A DNA stretch of 64,000 bases from the human T2T-CHM13v2.0 reference genome, Homo sapiens. A model generated the notes under the pieces. It was not told where the DNA came from. It saw nothing but the letters and a program-made list of their open reading frames with translations, and did not search any database. Made by a program: the position numbers and the translations under genes. How positions within the stretch are numbered: the stretch's first letter is position 1; every line of letters begins with the position of its first letter. Below are positions 55,661-64,000 of the stretch, in pieces. The stretch is from NCBI GenBank assembly GCA_009914755.4, contig CP086569.2, positions 23,456,001-23,520,000 on the forward strand, read 5' to 3'.

Positions 55661-56534
55661 TTGACCTTTCATGTTATAGAGGACAAGAAAAACAATTCAA
55701 TACATTACTTAGTAACCAATCCAATGCACCCTTTCTTATTAATATGCCAAACCCATCCCTTCAAGGCACTGACATCTAAACACAGCTAGATGTATCAAAA
55801 TCTCTTCTCATTAATAACCATTATGTTAATCACTGTTGCCCAGATCTGGACTCTGACTGTGAAATCCTAGGGTGGAAATTGCTATAATGGCTCAAACTGC
55901 GGGAATGACTATGTTTCGGCATAATTACTGCTGTCATCTTACTGAAAAATATCACATTAGATGGCAGCTTCTAGTTACATAAATCCTGTTGATTAATGTC
56001 CAGCATTTATGATATTGCACAAGTAAAGATCTTTGATAACTTAAATGATTAGCTGAGCAATAATTAAAATAACTCACAGCAATTTAAATATTCATTTACT
56101 TACTAGAAGTGCCATACATCATTAACTCCTGATGAAAACAAAGTGGGGAAATTGCAAGTGCTGAACTGGTTACTGAAGTATGTATTTCGGGGTATTTTAT
56201 AAAACTATCCATGCCATGTATGATGCCTCACCTGCAAGGATAAAGCTTTAACATATATGAAAAATAAGTGTCTTTGGTTCTTAATATCTTCCTACATTTG
56301 TCTTCATAACTTCAACACAAAAACACTCATATACTCGACTTTTGGCTGGGCTGACTACCAGTTATTAGGATTTAAGTAAATAGAATAAAGATTTCAAAAT
56401 TCGATGACCAAATATGAGAAATCACACTCTCCCCGTAACATACAATTATTCTCAAGTGCCACTGCTAATGCAAAATTGAAAGAAGAAATTAAGTCTAATA
56501 TATTGCAATATTCTAAAATCTAAAATTTTTTCTT

Positions 56535-56797
56535 TGAGGTCTGGTGGTTCATGCCTGGAATTGCAGCTCTTTGGGATGCTGAGAAGGGAGGATTGCTTCA
56601 AGCGCAGGGTTCAAGACCAGCCCAGGCAACATAGCAAGTCCTATCTCTACAAATGTAACTAATTAAATACTTAATTAAATTGGGCATGCTGGCACACATC
56701 TATCTTCTATTTACTCAGCAGTTCAAGGTCGTAGTGAGCTGTGATTGCACACTGCACTTCAGCCTGGGCCATGAGGTAAGACTTTGTCTCTACAAAA
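56535..56797 (+). mobile_element. Alu SINE (old, AluJ-like), sense
   Basis: gaggtctggtggttcatgcctggaattgcagctctttgggatgctgagaagggaggattgcttcaagcgcagggttcaagaccagcccaggcaacatagcaag...cagcctgggccatgaggtaagactttgtctctac. Confidence 0.8.
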
Positions 56798-57589
56798 TAA
56801 TTCAATATAACAAAACAAAATAAAATAAAAACACTTTATTTGTTTTTTGGAAGTTTGCTTAATTGCTCCAAAGCATAGACATTGTTTAAAAAGTTAAGCA
56901 GTTCATGGGGAATCGGCAGTGAACATTGTTTATATTGTTTTCCAAAAATTAGGATAAATGTTAGAATATTATATATAAATATCTCATAACCTTTTGTACA
57001 ATAAATATTGACAAATGTCAAGCCATCGTGTTTATAGACTTTTCCTTCAAAATATTCATAGTTTAATTGGAGGATGAAGAGAAGAGCAATAATTGCAATG
57101 TACTCTGACAAGTGTTACAATAGATACAATTTAGTAACTTAGCTGGAGAGGAAGGAAGTGCTTAACTGGGTTTACAGGGGTTGGGGGAACTTTCTCAGGT
57201 CAGGAACAACTGATGCATCTGTAAGGATACAAATTTGCAAGACGAATGTTTGGGAGAAAAACACTGTAGAAAAAAAGAAACATTATTTCTATCAATGATA
57301 GACATACTAACAGTGCATATGATGCCATCTGCCCAATTCTTAGACTATACTAGCTCAATAAATATTTCTTGAATGAATCCATGAATGGAAGATACTGGGA
57401 AAAGAATGCTGGAAGGGATTTTCAAAATCCAGTGAAACAAAGGTGAATACTCTGGACTTTACAATTTTGCCTGCCGTTCTTTAAGTTCTTGTTATGTTTA
57501 CTACCTCATAAGCTCTGTTTTACTTTTTGTTGTTTTCACAAATATCACGCATGATATCGTTCCTGAGACTAATTCTCTCTTGATCCCTT

Positions 57590-58560
57590 GATACTATATT
57601 TGTCTCTGATACTCCTTTGTGTGAGGTCCTGGGTTTTTATGCCCACAGCTACGTCACTCACCTCTCCCTGGCACTATTCTGTAATAGAGAGGCCTGGCCC
57701 CTGGGAGGCAGGGTTCCTAGGCTCTCATAAAAATTACTTCCTGTTTCAGCTCAGTCAAGGGATGACACTGCAGAGATTAGAGAACAAAAAGATGAGAGAA
57801 GCCAGTTTGTGTCGCCTTCCTTCTCAGCAGGGTATGTTTCCACAGTGATTCCATGCCTGCAGGACATGCTCTCTGTGTTTCCATTTTCCATGTAGTGACC
57901 CGAATCCTAGACTGGCTCTTCTAATGCCGTTTTCTCCAATTGTCTTTTTGAAGGATTTGGGTACTATTGTACTATTTTGGAGTTTAAAATTTAAAAAAAT
58001 ATTGATATGGACAGGGGGGCAGGGAAGTGCCTGATAGAGGAGGGTGTGGTTCTTGGCTAGGGATTCACCCTCAGGCTTGTGCTCATTGACCTAGGTGAGG
58101 CCATGCACTTCTGTTTTCTTGCCCAAATTGGTGAGGACATGCGCTTCTGTTTTTTTGCCCAAGTGTTGCATTTTCCAAGAGCACCCTGGCCTGCCATACC
58201 CCCATCCTGTGCTATCAGAAACCCCGAGACCCTAGCGGGCAGAGACACAGTAGCTGACGTCGAGAAGAACCATCAGCAGAAGAAGACACAAGCAATTGGA
58301 CCTGGAGAAGACACCGGAGGAAGGAGAGCGCAAGGACAGAGGCGGCAGGCCATCCACCGCAGAAGAACACAGAGTTGCGTGGGGCTGTGGAAGGAGAGCG
58401 CTCACCTGCCCCATTTCAAGGGAAAACCACCTTCCCGCTCCGTCTCCCTTCTGGCTCCCCATCCATCTGCTGACAGCTTCCACTCAATGAAACCTGCACT
58501 TACTCTCCAAGCCCACGTGTGAGCCAATTCTTCAGCTACACCAAGGCAGGAAACCCCAGG
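57590..58560 (+). mobile_element. Probable solo ERV LTR (class I-like). It contains a 37-bp internal direct repeat at 58098-58175 and an R/U5-like end ...cactcaatgaaacctgcacttactctccaagcccacgtgtgagccaattcttcagctacaccaaggcaggaaaccccaggatcc
   Basis: The 3' portion resembles the canonical retroviral LTR poly-A / R-U5 region (ccactcaataaa...ctccaagcccacgtgtga). CpGs are retained (tgacgtcgag, gaggcggcagg, ccaccgcag, gagcgctcac). Family not assigned. Confidence 0.35.
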
Positions 58561-61500
58561 ATCCAGAAAGCCTTCTGTCTTTGCAGAAAGGCAGAGTGTC
58601 TAATTGAGCTGACACAAGCCGTCTACAGATTGATAAACTAAAGTAACACCGTGTAACACATGCCCGCTGGGGATTTAGGAGCTGTAAACATTCACCCCTA
58701 GATGCTGCCTGGGGTCAGAGCCCCACAGCCTGTCCTCATTGCTAGCTCTGCAGCGGGGGATAAGGGACGTTTTCCCGTTGCACTATGAGTCTGTTTCCAA
58801 TGCAGTGTGCTTTCTGCAATACTGCAGTGTTACCTCATTGCATATATTTGACAAAATAAGTTACAAACTATAATGTGAGAAGAAAATAAATGGTGGAGAA
58901 TAAGGAAGAAAAATGAAACATTGTGTCAGTAAGGAATGTTTTTTACTTCATGTAACAGAAAAAGTAAACATGAATTAAATAAACAGGAATTTCCGGTTTT
59001 CACATGTTAACCAGCCACAGTTAGGCATTTGGCGCCTTTGATCAGTTGCATTGCTGCATGGAAGTAGCGTAGCTGCATGGTAGTAGCACTGACTTTTTTT
59101 TTTTTTTTGCTATTTTCTCCAAGGTGAAACCTAGCTCAAATCCAACACCATGTTGGGTCCAGTTGTTGCTAGCCAGCTTTGCCCACACTCTGGTTTTTCA
59201 GTCTTATCAGCTTCTAGTGTATGCAGCTACTTTAACAGTGTGTTTTTGCTAGTCATGTGAAACTGCTGCCTGAGATTTTCTATTCTCCTGCAATCATCTA
59301 GTATTTTTCCTGGCTCAAATTATGTGACTTGCTCATTTTTCTCCTCAGGACACTGCAGGATGTTCTTTACCTGGTTTTTTAAAAGAGCATTGGTAAACCA
59401 GTTTCATTTCCCTCAAATACTTCTGAGAATTCCTGAGAAACTTATACATGTCTCACTGGACTGCACCACTGCCCACTCAGCTGCCTGTTATTGACTTCTT
59501 TCTTTAGATAAGATCCCCCAGACAGCAACTGCATGGGCCCTCCCACCCCCACTCCCACTAAAGACCAACATCCAATGTTTAAAACATTTTAAGTCTTAGA
59601 TATAGCATAAAGGGATTATGGAATACAAAACAACACATCAGACACATATATTAAGAAAACTTCAGCCAGTATCAGTCTTTGACAACAAAGGTAACCATTT
59701 TAACTACACGGTATAAATATATTTACACATAAAGTGTATGCATAGGGAAATGTTTCTCACATTGTATATACTTTCTCCAGTGATGTCTTAGGCACTCATT
59801 TAAAATAGGTCACTGATTGAATTACAACTGTAACCTATAATGAAAATAGCAGAGTAGAAAGGTGTAGAAAGGCTTTTTTTTTTTTTTAAACAGCTCATAT
59901 GTACACATTGTTTGGTCTTCCAGTTGTGCTGTTTCTTTTGTATGAGTGTGTATATGTTTATGTAATTTTAGATAGTTACAGAGAATAGATTTAGTCGAAG
60001 TAATTAGAAATTAAGCAGACTTCTTTGTAATAAAAAAGGAAATGATTAACTTTAATTGAATTTTAGTGCAACAGTAAAACTGGATAAGAATTTATTCTTA
60101 CTCAGGGAAAAGATGTACTGTGTTTTGCAGACTGAAAGAGTTCTTTCCTGAGTAAGCCAGTGTTGGCCTTTATTGCAGAAATAGATTGTTTTTGGTAGAC
60201 CCCTACAGCCAGCTACCTGCAGAGAAAGAAATTCTACTAGAGAGGATTCTAAATTGAGTATTAAATACTCTTTCTTTAGGTGAAGCATTCACATACAATA
60301 TTCTTTTACATTCAGCATAATTATAAAAGTTAATTTTAGAACACTTTCCAAAAAAATAAAGCAATTATAAAAATTAGGGAGATAATTGTATATTCCTCCT
60401 TTAAAAAGTTTTAGCCTATTCAAATCTAACAAGTCCACTCTGAAATACCTGTAAATAAGATACGAAATGAATAAGAAAATACAGCAGAATGTACCAGATG
60501 TTTTCTATGTGTTGGATATACATACATCTGTTAGTTTTTAATGGCAGACAGAGTGCAGTCTACATAATTTTATTCATAGGAGATGCCTATGCATCATATA
60601 TTCACAGATAACTATTATTTCTCTGAAGATTGAAATAGAAAGCTAGGAAAACACAACACAGCACATACACTGGATTATATTTAAGCAAATGTGAATTGTA
60701 TAGTTACATGATCTCTTCCAGGGGCTTCTTATCACTCTCTCACTGGGTAGTCTAAGGATTGATTAAAGTTCCTAGGCTCTTTCAAGCTAAGAAACACTAT
60801 GTAAGTGCTATGCATTATCATGGTAACACGAGAGTGAGGCATAAGTGATTTGCAACATCATAGGCTCTTTGAAATGTGCGTCTAGTCTGATTGAAAGTTT
60901 TCTCTAACAGTGTTTTATGTATTGGAAAGTGCTTATCATATTTGAAGATGAAATGTGCTCTACTGAAATCATGCAAATCTGCAAAATCAATCTTTGTTCT
61001 ATATATTAGTATAATGATGTTTCTCAAAATAGAAGAAAACTTGGGATATGATTTCAAAGGTAATTTATAATAAGGTAGAATTTTGACATCAATTATAACT
61101 TGTCTATTATCATTTGATTGACTCAGCTGTTGCTCTCTTAATTAGTGCAACTGAAGTCTAGTTAATTTGCATAAAGGTAGCTATCCCATCTTACAGACTT
61201 TTAAAGACAGTCAGGAGACTATTCACTGTTTCTATAAAGCTTACATAGATTTTATCAACATGTTTCAGTCATGTATGACTGACTGCAATAAGCATCAGTT
61301 CTAAAATGTAATTTATACATTAATAATTCCTTTAATATTTTTATTTTTATTTTTATTATGGATTCAGAGAGTACATGCACAGGCTTATTACAGAGGTATA
61401 TTACATGATGCTGACATTTAGTCTTCTATCGATCCCGTCACCCAGATAGTGAACATAGTACCCAACAGGAAGGTTTTCAGCCCCTGCCCCTCTCCCTCTG

Positions 61501-61644
61501 TCCCTCCTTTGGAATCTCCAGTGTCTATAGTTCTCATCTTTATTTCTGTGCACCCAACCAAGTTTTAGCTCCTATTTATGAGAATATTCAATATTTGATT
61601 TTCTGTTTCTTCATTAATTTGCTTAGGTTAAGGCCTCCAGCTGC

Positions 61645-62140
61645 ATCCACGCTGCTGCAAAGGACATGATTTTGTTCTTTTAATGGCTGTGTACTATTCC
61701 AGGGCTCATATGTACCACATTGTCATTGTCCCATCCTCCACGGATGTGCTCCTAGGTTTATTCTATGTCTTCGCTATGGTGGTGAATATGAGAATTCTTG
61801 TGTCTTTTTTGGTAGCTTTAATAATTTATTTTCATTTGAGCATATACATAGTAATAAGATTGCTGGGTGAAAGAGTAGTTCTATTGTGAGTTCTTTTAGA
61901 AATCCACAAACTGCTTTCCACAGTGGCTGAACATTCTCTCCACCAGTGTATAAGTATTCCTTTTCCTCTACAGCCTTGCCCACATATGTTTTTTTTTGGG
62001 GGGGGCTTTTTAATAATAATACTCATTCTGACTGGTATGAGATGGTATCTTGTTGTGATTTTGATTTCCCTTCTCTGATGATCAGTGATGTTGAGCACTT
62101 TTCTTATGTTTCTTATCCACTTGTATATCTTAAGAAGATA
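61645..62140 (-). mobile_element. Old LINE-1 ORF2 3' fragment, antisense
   Basis: The minus-strand ORF 61832-62158 gives ...KITTRYHLIPVRMSIIIKKPPPKKNICGQGCRGKGILIHWWRECS..., which is the L1 ORF2 C-terminal motif. The plus strand shows the T-rich antisense ccattctgactggtatgagatggtatcttgttgtgattttgatttccc. Confidence 0.8.
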
Positions 62141-63683
62141 TTTTAAATAAACATACAATTATTTCCTCTACTCATAGGTCAAATTCTGCCTATGTCCTTC
62201 TCTCTTTTTCTACTACATGATTTTACATGGATAATGAGTCAAAAAATGTGATGTGCTAGTAATACATTTTATTTCATACTTATAAATGTAAAATGTTTTT
62301 CTTTGAAAGATACCACATTCTCCAATTTTTAATTTTTTTAATTCCTTTAAAGCGGCAATGGGGACAGGGAAATTTTAAAGCAATTACTTCACAAGGTGAT
62401 TCCAATTTATACAGAATATTGTTCATTGTAAAATTATTTTGTTTTTGAGTAAAATTAAAATATGTATACAAATACAAAATAACATAATAAATACTAATTT
62501 TACCCCACTTAAAAATAAAAGCTATTAATATTTTCCTTGTTCTATGTATATTACCTCTGGTTGTAATTGGAATACACCCCATCAGGTTCATTTGCTTTTC
62601 TCCATTTCCAGAGGTGCCATTATCATCAACCTGTTATTACCTTCATATTTTTATAAATTTATTAAAATATTTATTTCTAAATAATACTATTTTGTGAATT
62701 TTTAATGTTTCTGTGAATATATAAGGTGTGTATTATTTCACATTTTTTGTTAACATTCTTACTGAGAGCTGCCATTATTGATGGCATAGTTCTCAGTCTA
62801 CAGAATTTCATCATGTTCCATGATGTGTTTGTCCAAATGCTACAAAGAGAAACCTTCCCTATGCATCTAGGTACACATGTGTGAGAGTGTCTAATGAATA
62901 TACTAGAAGAATGGCTGGACTGCAGTGTGCATACAGTTTTAATTTTGAGGGGATGAAATATATTCTCATTAGGTCCCAGGGCTACCACTTTATTACTATT
63001 GTTTATCCAAGCTAATTGGCTTAGCATATGTCTTAGATTTTTCATTTTTAATGAAGTATTATTATAAGTTACATTGATTAGATCCAGCATGTGTTTGTTA
63101 AATGTTCATTTTGTTTAACAATTATAGCTATTGTCAGGGCTCCATCATTAGGTGAGGAAAATAAAATATTAACAGAATGATGACTTCGGTAGGGGGATAA
63201 GTCTGAAAATCAACTTTATTTTCCTAACACGGTTTATACAATACATAGATAATGCTTCTTTTTCAGGGACAGCATGCAGCAGAGTGCTTGATAATAAATC
63301 AATATGCACTGAGTCAGTATTGGCTAGGAATGGCTAGTTCCTTCCAATCTTCCCGGGTGATGGAAGAAGTATTTGACATAGTTTTTTGTTTGTTTGTTTG
63401 TTTTTTCTATATGGTTCATTTACATGACACTGCCAGATCATCATATGGTGGGTTTGGGGAAAATGAAGGAAATAATAGGCTAGATATATGTAAATTATGT
63501 GCTAGAAATAGAAGCTTAGCACAGAGAGAGTAGTTAATTGGTCTGGCCACAGTGGTTTTGTCATCTCTCATATGCCTACAACTATTTATTTATGGGCTAT
63601 TTGCTTATGACGATTTAAAAAAAAATCTGTTTCAGCAGCAATGACTAAAAAATGCAAGTAGATATTTAATTAAAAACAACTCT

Positions 63684-64000
<317 letters not shown>

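Overview
The window is primate genomic DNA. It contains 20 or more Alu SINEs, several carrying A-tails or target-site duplications, and four L1 fragments, one of which has a twin-priming inversion. There are solo-LTR-like blocks, (CA)n, (GA)n and (TA)n microsatellites, and GT-AG introns. It is not prokaryotic, so there are no operons or CRISPR arrays. The gene content resembles an ampliconic Y-chromosome region of the TSPY/RBMY type; this placement is an inference from homology alone.

Features, left to right:
- Degenerate tandem serine-protease pseudogene (+ strand, about 16.3-21.6 kb). It has two protease-domain exon sets in which the catalytic residues are substituted.
- A 5.9-kb tandem array (8975-14900) with a 33/66-bp period. 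It stays open in several frames and is interrupted by a young Alu and by an LTR12-like solo LTR.
- TSPY-family copy A (- strand, about 24.0-26.1 kb). Intron/exon structure is retained and exon 1 is disrupted.
- A 2-kb block that has retained its CpGs (25.6-27.65 kb). It lies between the 5' end of copy A and the next gene, which point away from each other.
- An RBMY/hnRNP-G family gene copy (+ strand, 28909 to about 38580). It has 8 recognizable exons. Exons 1-6, covering the RRM and one SRGY box, are open and in phase. Exon 7 carries a 1-nt deletion and a TAG, and the last exon carries a TGA, so it is probably a pseudogene or a truncated variant.
- TSPY-family copy B (- strand, about 49.8-52.6 kb). 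It is roughly 80% similar to copy A, in the same orientation, and lies 25.8 kb downstream. Its 5' end is cut by an L1 insertion.

The remainder of the window is AT-rich, repeat-laden intergenic or intronic sequence. It includes two unexplained blocks with higher GC content at 43.5-44.7 kb and 47.9-49.5 kb.
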